Assembly: GCA_036172245.1 (NCBI GenBank)
Contig: JAYWIR010000011.1
Location: forward strand, 4,092,001-4,156,000
Reading direction: 5' to 3'
DNA length: 64,000 nt
From: Raillietiella orientalis
Lineage: Eukaryota
A program made the translations under genes and the position numbers. Below are positions 23,910-36,300 of this stretch, piece after piece. The notes below the pieces were generated by a model. The model searched no databases and had not been told where the DNA came from. It saw nothing but the letters and a program-made list of their open reading frames with translations. Numbering within the stretch: the stretch's first letter is position 1; each line of letters opens with the position of its first letter.

Positions 23910-25124
23910 GGTTCCCCTCTCCTCCGCAGGTCCGGCGTGCGCCTGCAAAACCCGAAACGTGAGCGCTGGAGGGGGGGGAGGGAGAAAGGCGTGAGGGCGG
24001 CGGGGATTCCTGCGCGCCCCGAGGCCTCTCGGTGCTGGCCGGACGGACGGCGTGGAGCGTCCCGGGCAGCGGGCTCCCACTGAATGAGAAGGGAGGCGAG
24101 CATCAGGCTGCAGACGGAAAAGGTCTCTCTCCCTGCTCTGTCCCATGCTGGCGGTCCTATGGGACTGCCGCACTTCCGGCTTGCCTCAGGCCGTCCCTGG
24201 ACCCAGAGGGCTTCCTCTCGTTCGCAGGAACCGCCGCAACCGCGGTGCCCTCGGAATGGGGTCAAAGAAGAGGGGAGAGCTGCAGCATGGAAGGGAGCGG
24301 TAGGGAAGTGGCAGTGGGGAAGGGAGGGGCTGGGTCGAACTGGGCTTGAGGGAACGTCGAATCGACGCGCCGTCGAGACCTCCTTGAGGGAAGCACCGTG
24401 ACGTCAACCGCGCCTGCGCATCTCCCAGAGAGAAGGCCTTCTGGGGAGCGGAGCTGGAAGGGCCTTGGACCGGCGTGGCTGGACGTCTCCGGAGCGCGGC
24501 GGCGCGGGGGACAGAGCAGGAGATGAAGATGCCGGATACAGCTGCTGCATTGCGGAACCAAGTGGCTGCGCCTTGTCGCCGAGGACCACGCGGGACTCGC
24601 GCCGCAGGGAGCGGACGAAAGGCCGCGTGCGTTCTGGATTTATTCCTTTCCTCGTCCGCGCAGGCCGGCCCTCTTCTTCTCCCCTCACCCTTCCCGTCGT
24701 CTTTCGCCATCCTCGATGCGCGAACCGTGAGGCAAAGATCGAACCAGAGCACGGTTGAAGCGGGAACTTACTCGGATCGGTGGCGGAAGGTTGCAGAGTC
24801 TTCAGAGACGCAGGCGACAGTTTTCCGTGCGTCGGGTTTTTCCGTGGTGGTGGATCGGTTTCCATGGTAACGCCGCCTTGTTGCCTCCCAGCAAGAGACT
24901 ATCTGTAGGCGGGCATGGAGCCACTCGTCTCCCTGCGATCCACCCGCCTTCGTTTGTCGATCCACTTTCGTAGTTCCCTGTATCATCAGACCGACACCGG
25001 GGACGTACCTTGCGAAAGAACTTCCCTCTTCGGGCGAGGAGGTAAACGAAGGAGTTCGCGGACTCGCCTGCGGGGCGGTGCCTCTACCGCGCGCATCCCA
25101 CTAAGGGTGCGGTCCGCTCCAGGA

Positions 25125-25248
25125 CGGAAGGAAGGATTTGGGAAGGGTGACGAGACGACCGCTTTCTGTCTGCTTTTCACCTGTCTGCCCTGAAGGCCTC
25201 TTCCGCGGAGTCGTGCCGTTCCGAGGCGTTCAGAAGCTGTGAGTCGCT
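25125..25248 (-). repeat. Second copy of the SINE-like body at 22530-22645
   Basis: gacgagacgaccgctttctgtctgcttttcacctgtctgccc vs gacgaggcgacctctttctgtctgcttttcccctgtctgccc. Confidence 0.75.
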
Positions 25249-26099
25249 TGGCCCTGGGGCCGTTTCCTTGGCACTTGGGCCGCCGCCAACTGCAGGAATC
25301 CCAGGACTAGGTTGCTAGGCCCCTCTGGGTTGCCCGCCTTCCGCGCAACCGTCCCGTCTGTCGGTGACCTCCCACCTCGTCGCGCATAGGCTTCCCGGAC
25401 TCCCGTCACTTGGCTGCAGTCAAGGGAAAGAGAGGCGGGATGATACACGGGTCGGCGACCTTCGTCAGACGGCAGTTTCCGAAGGACAGCGCGAGTGACG
25501 TCGTGCATCCGTGGCAGCGATTCGAATCTCGGGGGCTGCTTCCGTGGGGGACACAGATCATAGGGTTCCCCCCCTCGGACGTTTGCACGTCCCGATCCCT
25601 TCTTCGGACAGTTCCGTGCTTCTCCGGAAGGCGGCAGCAGGAAGCTCCTCAGCTGCCACTTTCCCGCATGCCCCCGCGCGGACAGCGGGAGCGCCAAACG
25701 AGACACCGCACCTTCCCCGAACTGCAGGCAGATGATGGGAAGGGGAAGGAAATCGTCGAGCACCCGCTTCCGGGATGCGGTGACCTATCGAGCGCGCGCC
25801 AACTTTGGCCGCGTTACGACATCCGCCTGTGCTCTGGAGCGCCATCCCTCGGCGTGCCTAAGGACCTTAGGAGGCTTGCGGCTTCCCGGAGCACGCAACA
25901 GAGGGCTCTCGCCAGGAAAACAAGACCGGGGAAGGAGATGAGCGCACGTGACCACTCACCCTCTCCCTCTCCCCCGTTCTTCTTCCTCTCTCGATTGACT
26001 CCCCTCAGTGTTCCCGTACAACCTGATGAAGCACCACCACTGGCTTTTCCTTCTTTCTGTTAGGAGAAGATGAGCGCTCCAGCATCAGGGAACGACGAG

Positions 26100-29005
26100 C
26101 TTAATGGGAGGGTCTGGGTGTCCAAGAGCATTGACGGTTGGGTCACTGCAGGTCTTCCTCCGGAATACTCAGTAGCTCGTCCCAGCGCAACGGCCCACGA
26201 GGTGGGGCACTTGGGGTCTCAGCGTCCGTTAGCTTGCCCGTCATCCACTCTCTGAGTCTTTTAGTCTTTGTGGAGACCTTCACGGACGTAGACCTCCCAC
26301 CTAGCCTCAAGGCTGCTGCCCATGTGTTCCCTCAGGAAGGGCAGCGCCGCGGCAAAGGGAGACTGCCAATCCTGCCCACGCACTCTTGAATGGGTGTTCC
26401 AGGATCTCCCGGAGCAAGCAGTTGTTATAGGATCAGCTTGGCAAACGGTGTGTGTGTTCCAGGAATCGCTCGCTGGTCTTCACCCACGCGCGGGCGGTTT
26501 CCTGCAACCAGGCAGCACACTATTCGCGCGGTGGCACGAAATCCAGCTGTTGGTCCTGTTGAGCGCGGCCATTCGCCGGAGCTGCAGTCCGCATTGGGAA
26601 AGGCAAGGAAGGACGCGAGGATCCGCTGAGGTTTCAGTCAAAATGCCAGCTCACCTCTCGCACTGCCTTGGCATATGCCGCCAGCGGACTCGCTCGACGC
26701 GCACTCTCCGTGCCTGGAAGCTCGGAACTTTTCTCGGGTTCCGCACGGAGCACTGCTGGCGCTTTGGTCAACAAGGCTCAAACTGCCCTCCATGCTTCGA
26801 AGAACCGGAACTCGGCTTGTGGCTCGAGACTTCTTTCTAGCTAAACCGAAGAGTCCATGTGTGCAGGCCGCCCTCCTTCTGCCTTTCTCCCTTTCTTCAG
26901 CTGACCTTCAACGCGGACCCCGGTTCCCCATTGAGGTCAGCATGTCTTTGGGGCATCGCTTTCCTGCAGCTGCTGGCAGTCGGCGCTTTTCATTGGAGCA
27001 CCAGGAGAGGGGTGCCCAAGCCCCGGAAAAACTACGAGAGAACAAGGAGTTACCCGTCCCGGAATTTCGCTCGAGCGTCTGATCGAACTCGCATCTCCCG
27101 GGAGTGCGCCACATTCGCTCCCTGGCGCAGGCCGTTAACCCGGAGCGGCGCTAGGAGAGGAAACCCCGGGTGAGAGGCCAGCACCGCGCTCGCCGCCTGC
27201 ACCCGCAAAAGGGACGCCCGGACTTCCAGGAACACATCCACGAGCCGAGGGACGGAACCGAACTTTTCAACGAGGGCGCAACTTCCGGGAGCACAGCGCC
27301 CCAGCAGCGCCGCGGGACGACCGTACGGAGCACCGTTGTTCTTCGTTCGAGTTCTTCGTGGTGTAACTTGGGCGACGCTTTCGTAGGCTTTGCACGATTG
27401 TCCAGGAGTCGAGTCAGGGGAGCGGGCTGACCCCTCGGGTACTGCGGACACAGAGATGGAAAATTCCGCTGTCTTTCAGGTGCGTTTCCGCGCTTTGTAT
27501 CACGGTGTCCGCTGCAGCGCCCGCAGTCGCTTGCGCAGGCGCCGTCTATTCAGGAGCTTTCACTTCGTTAGCAAGTGGACGAATTATCCCGCTAATCCCG
27601 CCGGACCTCAGCCTCGGAATCACAGGGCTGATCTCAGCCCGAAGGAACTTTCCTGCGGTCATTCGAATGGTGGCGGAAGGGCAGTTCCGGCATGGACGCA
27701 GGCCGATGGACATTGGCTGGAAGGCCGCGACCTCGGAAAAAGGAGCGAAAGTTGGGCACGGCGCACAGCGGATGCGACGACAGCACAATGGTGCGCTCGA
27801 CGAGAAGCCAACGGTCTCTGGAGGGGAGAGGGAAGGGCAGCACCGGAAAGGCTCCCGCCTGACACCTAGCACCGTATTCTCCGTCGAAGAAGGAACCACA
27901 CCGCCGTGCCCCGTCCGCAGTCTGCTGCTCAATACTTGGATGTACAGACTTCGGCAGCGCGTTCCCGCAAAGTTCGAAGCTGACCAGTCTCCGCTGTCCG
28001 AACTGCTTCTGCGTGTAGGGTGCGTTTGCAAACTTCTGGAAAAGCTCCTCGTTGCCCTCCTAGCGAGTCGGCATCGACTATACGTCACGACGCACAGCGG
28101 GGATCCCTCCGGGAACTTGGAGCTGCCACCCGGTCACTACGGGGCCTTCTATTGGAAAAAACAATAAACTCCCGATGATAGTGTAGGGGCACGGAGCCCC
28201 ACCACAGACGCTGCCACCCCGAGCGTCCTCCTAGGAGACTGCTACGCTGGGGAGAACTGCTACCAATTCCCCTGGAGGAGGTGTAGTGACCCCCATCGTG
28301 CAGGAACAGTGGGGCTCTCCCCTATAGCGGCAGGAGTCGGCGATCCTTCTGCTGCATTGGGGCCTCCCGTGCAAGGCCCGCCGAAACCATTGGACCCAGG
28401 GGAGGAGGTGATCCCGAACTGCGGCAGGTGCGGCGAGAGAGTCTCTCCCACACCTGCTCTTGGATTGGCTTGCCCTCCGCCTCCTGTGGGAACTCTTTGT
28501 CGCGTCCGTGCAATCCCCGAGGGCAATCCCAGAGACGTTCTGAAGCGCCTCTTCCTGCGCGACGGCGCTCACGCCGGACGCATCCCTAGCAGCACTGTGT
28601 TGCCTACGCAGCAGGACCGTGGCTGCCTCTAGCAACGCCAGTGGAGACCATGACGATAGGGACGCCATCCATTTTTCAATCTTCCTCTTGAGGAGGATGG
28701 CTTCAAGATGGCCCCATCCGGGGATCGTGAAACAGGAACTTGCCTGCATCCTGCAAGGGGTGCAGAGGATGCCCCCCAGCACCCGTTGATGCCTTTCCGA
28801 ACCCTCCCCATTTTTTTGTGTATATATTTTTTCTGTGTTATTTTTCTTTTTGTTTGTCCCCCTCTGCCTCTGCTGGAGAAGTGGACCTCGCCGGTCTGCG
28901 CACCGGTTCTCGGTAGGTTTCCTTTTGCATATATATGTAACGTGGTAGGATCAAACGTCCTGCCACTGATTTTGTAGAAATGAATGCCCCGGAGCAACCG
29001 GGTGT
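26100..29005 (+). mobile_element. Decayed, near full-length ORF2 of an L1/Tx1-like LINE, copy C (APE + RT + zinc knuckle + 3' UTR)
   Basis: Colinear remnants: LCGDLH (about 26270, GDFN-like), W..SR (about 26450, SRID-like), GAPLFF (about 27330), tac(t)gcggac (about 27440, YADD-like), TVFSVEEG..LLLNTW (about 27880), LLLHWGLPCKARRNHW..PNCGRCGE..SLPHLLLD (28345-28470), then a 3' UTR. Many frameshifts; the 5' part is less certain than the 3' part. Confidence 0.65.
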
Positions 29006-29009
29006 CAAA

Positions 29010-29600
29010 CTACAACCGATTCTACAAAGGACCTGCCGGGTCGCCGGTGCGCAGACCGGCTGGGCTCACCCCGGCAGCAGTGGGGGATGGGAGAAAACAA
29101 AAAGGAAAACAAAAATACAGAATAAATAAAAATAAATAAGAACGCTCTGGAAGGTCGGGAAGGGATCACGTTCCCATGGTGAAAGTCCTCTGCATCCTTT
29201 CGAGGATGCCGGCTAGGTCCGTCAGAAACGGTGCGATCTGGCCTCCATCCACAGGAAGCGATCCGCGAACTGGACGGCGCCCCTCTCGTCCGGTCCTCCG
29301 TTGGCTTCGCTCCAGGCCGCCACAATCCCGCCACAAAGTGCTGCTAAGGCGGCGGCTGGCTGCAGGGCGTCGCGCACACAGAGGAGGCTCACAACGTCTC
29401 TGGAGGTTGCTAGGGTCGCAGCAAAGCGTTCCCAAAGGAGTCGGAGGGCAACGCAGTCCGGCCGTCTGAGGGAGCGGCCAGCATGCGGTACGGGGAGGGG
29501 AGCCCTGGCTCTGGTCGGGAGGAGCTCTCCTTGGTTCCCACGCAGGCGGGCGAAACCGAGGACAGCCATGTGCGCTCGCATTTGCCAGCTCCCAGTGCCG
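29010..29600 (-). mobile_element. Decayed LINE 3' portion, copy D, tail-to-tail with copy C
   Basis: ccggtgcgcagaccgg..cagcag..A-rich tract..gtcctctgcatcctttcgaggatgc..gtcgcgcacacagaggaggctcacaacgtctctgg is shared with copies A and B (same orientation) and C (inverted). Confidence 0.7.
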
Positions 29601-32600
29601 TTTCCATGGCGTCGACGGAACGACGAGCAGCCGCCTGAATGGGTAGCTGACCGCAGTTTCGCGCGGCCTCTCCCGGTCGGCCTCCAGCCGCGGGTTGTTC
29701 TGGAAAACTCGACACTCGTGAGGGCGCGGCGTTTCGGGAATGGGAAGGCAGGAAGCTGCGAGACCAACCTCTTTTGCGAGCGGGCAGCACCGGAGGCGAA
29801 GCAGGCGGAGGAAGCGCGGTCCGCCGTCATGGAGAACTCGGGGGCGAATCGCCCTCGAGAGTCTCCGCTCCACGTTTGCCCAATTCTTCCGCTTAAGAGG
29901 GGCGGACGTGGTGCTCTAGCTGACGGGAGACGCCGCCGCACGCAGGTCTCCGTTCAGATGGGCGGTCGAATTCTGGGTCAATTGCCGTCCCGGTCACGTC
30001 AAGGAGGCATGCACCCCACTGCGCATATATTGAACGAATATATGAATATCAAATTATAAAAAAAATAAAGCAATGGGGACAATTAAAAGAGTGTGTGTGG
30101 GGTGGGGGGAGGAAAGGAAGCGCACTAAAAAAAAAAAAAAAAAAGAAGCAAGAAGGAAATTTGGTATTTTATTTTCCTATCATTTCCAACACTCGAAAGA
30201 TGAAACTCCCTCAGCAAGTGAAGAATCCCGTTTTCATGTTTTGACCATCGGATTAATATATAATTCAATATTCCTGTGTTCAGTTCATATGTATTTATTA
30301 TATGTATAAACACATATTACTATATAAGGTAGACATATAATCATTTCTGTAATCTCTATGATCTGCATGAATTTATGTATTCATATATAATAAACTTTTA
30401 TAAAGCATATTAAGAATGTTAATAAATATCAGTGACTACATATGGTAAAATAATGTTATTATTAATAATATGTGTGTATCAATAAATTTGAATAAGCATG
30501 GATGTCGAAATAAATCTGCACGTTGATCTATGTGTAAATATGTATATTGATATACATATTGAACAAATGTATTTATTCTTCATGGTCTTTCGGTCTTTTG
30601 GTCGCCACCGGTTGCCCTGAAACTTCAGGATAGTTCTATAAACGAATAAGTAGGCAACTTCAGAATGAAAAGCTTAGATCAAAGTATAGATCAATGGTAT
30701 TAATGGTATAATTTCTAATAAACCAAATCGATTTAAAAGAAAAAAAAAAGCCTAATTCTTCATAAACAGTAAATAGATTCTTACAGTGGCCGGTTTCCAT
30801 GTTGCCAGTGGCATAAGTGTGTTCCAGAAGGGATTCGAGGTTGAAAATAATCAGCATCTTTCCGACCTGGGTCCAAATAAGTCTTGGAGCTGATGGATAG
30901 CCCTAATTACAGTCACAGAGATTTCAAAGGGAAGCCATGTTTTAGTTATGCTGGGAAAACTTAATCCTGGATGCTATCTCTGGTATAAACTTGAAAACCA
31001 TAAACAACTTTGTCCGATCAATTCAGCAGCAGAAATGCTCCCTTGCTTTTCGGCAAACCAAATCATCATCATAGAACGCACGAAACCAATCATCATTCTA
31101 TAGAACGAAGAATTCATGAATAAGGAGGGAGGGGGGCTCTTGAACAAAAAAAGACACGCAGAGGTACTGATCAGTGAATTTACTGATTCGTTCGAGAACA
31201 GAAAAGATATAGGCTGAAAGCATAAGCGTCGGCTGATTGGGGATAGTTAAATGAAATATCGGTTAATCGTTCCATGACTAATGTTCCACTCAATCAGAAT
31301 ATGATTCTCTGTGCGCAACCATCATCGACTGTACTGCAAAACTGGTGTGCTTTCAAAAGAGATTTCATCTTCAATAGCAAAAACAAAAACATAAACGTGG
31401 AAGAAGAGTTCTCGAATAGGAAAGTCCTACAGCTCCATTTTCATGAGTGCCTTACAGATGTAATGACTTTTCAGTAGACCCCTCTACTGGAAAATTATTC
31501 TGGTTTATTCCAGGTGACTCACAGCCCCGTAAGCCATGCATGGACTAAGTAATTCATGGCAAAGCATCAGATGAAACGCAGGCTGGTATTTGGCCAGAGC
31601 ATTAACGCGTATATCTGAGTTTCTCTTCCTTCTTACTCAAGTAAATGATTTGCCTCTGCAATAAAAAGTTGATTTTGGAAATAAAATCTGTTCAAAATAA
31701 TTCAGTTGCCTACGTACTACAAAAATGCAGCTATATGTTTGATGTTTGATTTCTAAACGAGCAATAGGATATACCAAAAAAAAAAAAAAAGATTCTTCTA
31801 TGAAAGCCCTTGGGGTTTAATATGCTACATTCTAGACCATCTACAGATCACTGTTGGTCTTGCATTTTCTAGATGTGCTAGCATCCACTTGAAGAATCAT
31901 TCAATTGCCACACCAAACGCTGTTGCTGTCGTTCATTTGTCAGACAACGCACCGAGTCTCCTAAAAATGTGCTCATCGACCCCAGTATGAGCTGGATGGG
32001 TAGTCAAGCTTGAGAATTGGAGAACAGCCTTGTTTTTCTTCAGCCCACAGTCCTGGAAAGTTTCGTCCGTTTCCAAGTCCTGCTAATTCTTGACCTGATG
32101 ATCCTGTATGGTATCCATAGTATTCATCTCCTTATTATCACATACACAGTACGCATGGTAGAAAGGAAGGTTCATATGAGATTATAGGCCAACAGTATTT
32201 TTAGCGTAGAATGATTTCCTTGCCTGAAGATTCGGTTCCGCCTTGCGTCCGAACCCCCCTTTGGTTTAAGTCAGTGGCTCATAAATTGCAAGTAGTCTTT
32301 TCATCAGTGATTTCCTTTGCTTCGTAGATATAATGCTCACATGTCTAAAGCATCAGTGACGTGAATTGAAAACAAGTGAATGCTGCATTGGTCGGCGCTC
32401 CACCGTTACGAAACCACTATACAACCGTACAAGCTGGCGAGCAAACAGTCACTGCCGATCAACAGTTGCTTTTCTTGCAGGAAAGAATCCGTTTGGTTGC
32501 TTGAGATTCAATCACTATCAGCATGCAGCATGTTTATTCGAAGAGGACAGCAACTGCGGAAGACTGTCCAGAGCCCCCTACAAACAAGCATGCAGCATGT

Positions 32601-33340
32601 TGATTCAATAAGGGAGGATAGAGCCTTCGGCTTCGCTGTGAGAAATGTGTTGTTTGTGGTCTGGTTCTCTGGAATAACGGATAGGTTACAGGCACAGGCT
32701 CCTTATTGCGTCCTGAGAAATCTTCCTTGGTGCACGCCTTCGGCTGGAGAATCGGAACGCGACAGAGCAGATCACCGTGGTCCCTGCGTGCGGCTGGCAT
32801 GCAAAATCGGGGGAAAAAAGGTCCACCTTGACTACGACACAGATGTGGCTGCACAGCAACTGGAAAACCCTCAACCGTTTTAAAATATGTTTGCCCTCGC
32901 TAAAAAGAAAAAAAAATGGTTGACATTGGCTTTTTCAAGAAAATTCCCAGATCATTTATTGGACGCATAATTACCAACAACTTTCGATTTCTGAAATTGA
33001 AAAATAATCGGGGGACAAATTGTGTGGAATGTGTGTGGAAACGTTAGATATTCCAGGTCATATAAATTATTTTATAGTGAGCTAATAATATCCTGCAAAG
33101 TTTGTCAACAAATTTTTCTGTTGTTTACCTGGGCAGTTTACCTTCGTTTTTCTTTACCCGTGCTCATCCAGGTGTTGATGGCACTCCACACTCTTCCAGC
33201 TGCTGTACTTCTCGTCTGTGCAGAGGAGGTGATGTGCCAAAATTTTGAAGGACTTTGAAACTGAATTCCGAGACCTTTATACACAACGATCAGTGCCTTA
33301 ACAACGATATAGGTTCTCGTCCTCGTGTTTTAAGGGAACA

Positions 33341-36300
33341 ATGTCCTACAGGGTCCTTCAAAGTGAGTGTCCACCGATAAATGGGAATGGAAAGTGTGGG
33401 TGGAAATAGTACAGTTAAATGTTTGGTTACTGACTACGTTCTGTCTTGAAATGACTAATTTTTGATTACAACCGGAGTCAAAATTACTAGTTGAAATGGA
33501 TCAAGTTAGTGAGTAGGAAAAGGATGTGGTTTAACTGAATTATTATGCAAAACAGAAAGCGGATTAGAAGCTGAAGATTTTTCCAAAATATCGGGGCAGA
33601 AATCGTGTATTCATTTGGAATTATTTTAAAAATCCGTATTTTGCTAACCACATTTTGTTCTTCCGATCATATGATAGAAATACTGGACCTCATCTGTCGC
33701 TTTGTTTGTTTTAAAATCATGACTTAGGATTAGTATCTTTTAAGATGCCATGCATTCAATTATTTCAGAGTTTATGTGGATTTTGACGTATCCAGATAAT
33801 TTATGTAGATTTCAGTTAGCATGTAGTGACTTTCTGTGTATGTTCCTAATAACTCTATGTTATATTTGAGGTTCTAAAATATTACATCCACTTTCTTAGG
33901 TTTTTGTGAACATTGTAGAATTATTGGTTTCCATAAGCAGCTTTCATTGGAGACATTTAACTCACCCAATTTTGGATTAATAGCTGAATTATTGGTGTGG
34001 GCCTTAAAAAAATACAGACCATGTGAGTTTGATGTCTGCATAGCTACAGAAAAAGAACGACAACAGTTTCTTATATCAGTTGTTCAGCGTGTTGTAAGTA
34101 AAAATTATTGAATGAAAATGCTTTTAGAACACATTTTCTTTTTTCTGGAGGGAGTCTCATGTGTATTGTTTGAAACTACATTGTGACATTCTCATTTGTA
34201 AAGGTTTGCTGAGAATGTGAGCAATTCCTGCCCTAAAATTTTTTTATTTCTCCAAAGCCCAAACTGCACTTTTAAGTTTTGAATTCTTCCACACTGCACA
34301 AAGCTGTATTGCACTCATGATTTATGTTAGCAGATATGGTAAAAATTGGCACTTTGGTATGTACTTATTGAAGTATTGAATGTTTTTTCTATAAGTTGGC
34401 AGATATGCAAATCAAACTGAATGTTCAGAAGCTATACGCTGGAGACAAACATTCTGTGAATGAACTGTGGAAGTTGACTTCTGTTCTCTTCAGTATAATA
34501 TGCAACAAGAGCATCATAATTGCAGTTGATGCCTTTGATGAGAATGAAAGCTTACATGAAAATGTTTTCAGACAAGTAAGACATTTGCTTGTTTAACTCT
34601 TGTCATTCTATTAGCAGAACTTCCCCAAATAAAATGAATCTGCTAAATTGGAGTCCAATCCTTTGCTTTATGACACATATTTTTATTTCAAACACTTAGA
34701 TATTACATGTTTTGAAACCAACTTATTTTTTTTTGGAGTTCATTTCAAATGATTGTTCAGAATGACACTGTGATTCGTATTCTTCATATCAGTATTATTA
34801 AGTGGGGAACTTTTTTTGATAAAACAGGTTTTAATGAAACCAGTAGTCAAGAATTTAAAAAATTTCGAGGCAAAAGAAATTTCGTCTTCTCTGTTTGGTA
34901 GTAAATTATTTATTGTGATGGCAAAATAAGTTTAAAGCATTCTATCTTGAGTTAAAGAATCAGTGAAATGTACACTTGTTTCTGTGTTTACTGTTATAAG
35001 CTCTCATTTCAATTTTCATTCCACATTTTGAATGACTTGTTATTATCTAATAATATACACTTGGAATTGTATAATGGAGGTACTCTATATTCCAAGAATA
35101 GATCCAGATAACACCATTGTAATTTTTCTACATGAAAGTAAATGAATAATTAAGTTTGATTCATTTGTTTGGTATTAAGATTTGCAATGTTTTTTTTTTT
35201 TTTTTTTTACTTATTCTTAATTAAATCAAATTGACTAACTAGCTCATCAAATTGAACTCAAGGATTTATCTACAAAAATTTTCCATTTTGTATCAGGCTG
35301 GAATGATTATGCATTTTTATTGCATACTTTTCCTGCTAGATTGGAATAGTTTCTCAATTTAACCTTTATGGTTCTCTTCAATAAATGCAATAGTTACGGA
35401 TTATGTAGTGTAATCATGAAATCAGAAGGAATGTACATCAATATTCCTTTTTTTTCTAGGCCCTCAGCATAGTACAATTTAGGTCCTTTTAAAAACAAAT
35501 TTATTTATCAGATTTGATAATTGATTTTTGTTAAAAAGGGCGTGGATTTAATGATTTTTTTTGCACCCATAATTCATTCTTTCTATGCAATGTTTGTGGC
35601 ATAAATGAGTGGTGCTTAGTATAAGTAACCACTTTATCTTTCTGTAAAATGCCAATTTCATTTTTGTCAACTAAGAAACACCTGATGCAACCTTTTTGCC
35701 AATCATTTGCAGATTTTATCTACCAAAATCTACCAATAATGTGGTGTGGAAGTTGCTTGACTTTGTTATTACTTTTGTGCTCTTTCATTCTTGTGAATAC
35801 AATATGATGTTTAAATAGCATCTCACATGCATAAATAAATTAATTCATCATCAGTAGAACTCTACATTTCAAGGAATTAAATTAAGTTTATTTTAGTTTA
35901 TTGGCATTGAATTCTTTCTTACCTAACACAACAATTCCCTTCTAGCATAAGGAAACTTAGAGTGTTGTTCAGTAGTTCATTTTTTAATTCGTTTCAGTGA
36001 TTCTGTAATGTGCTTTTGAGTCATTTTGCCCAGAATTAAAGTTTTGTTTGATGTGCTGAAAGGGAGTGATCAGCTTCTTGGATTTGGAACATCCTTGATA
36101 TTTCATGGACACTTGTGATCTGCATGTGCCCAGTACCTATTTTTCTATTGATTCCTCTCTCAAGATTTTGAAAATTATTTATGTTCTTCGATTTAATATT
36201 CAAGTTGATTACTGACAGTGTTATTGGTGTGAAAATATAATTTGGTAAATATGTCAGATTTTGTCCAGTTTCCAGTTTTCTCAGTATAGTGAGTCAGGAA

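Noticed and set aside
4030..26030. Hammerhead ribozyme cores (CTGATGA at about 4030 and 26023; CTGACGA at about 19907)
   Set aside because: I could not build the required stems with a correctly placed GAAA, and the first site lies in a Gab coding exon.
8811..30059. Dozens of 100-350 aa overlapping ORFs in the GC-rich block
   Set aside because: Expected from stop-codon scarcity. They are Arg/Pro/Gly/Ser-rich with no domains beyond the formin exons and LINE remnants.
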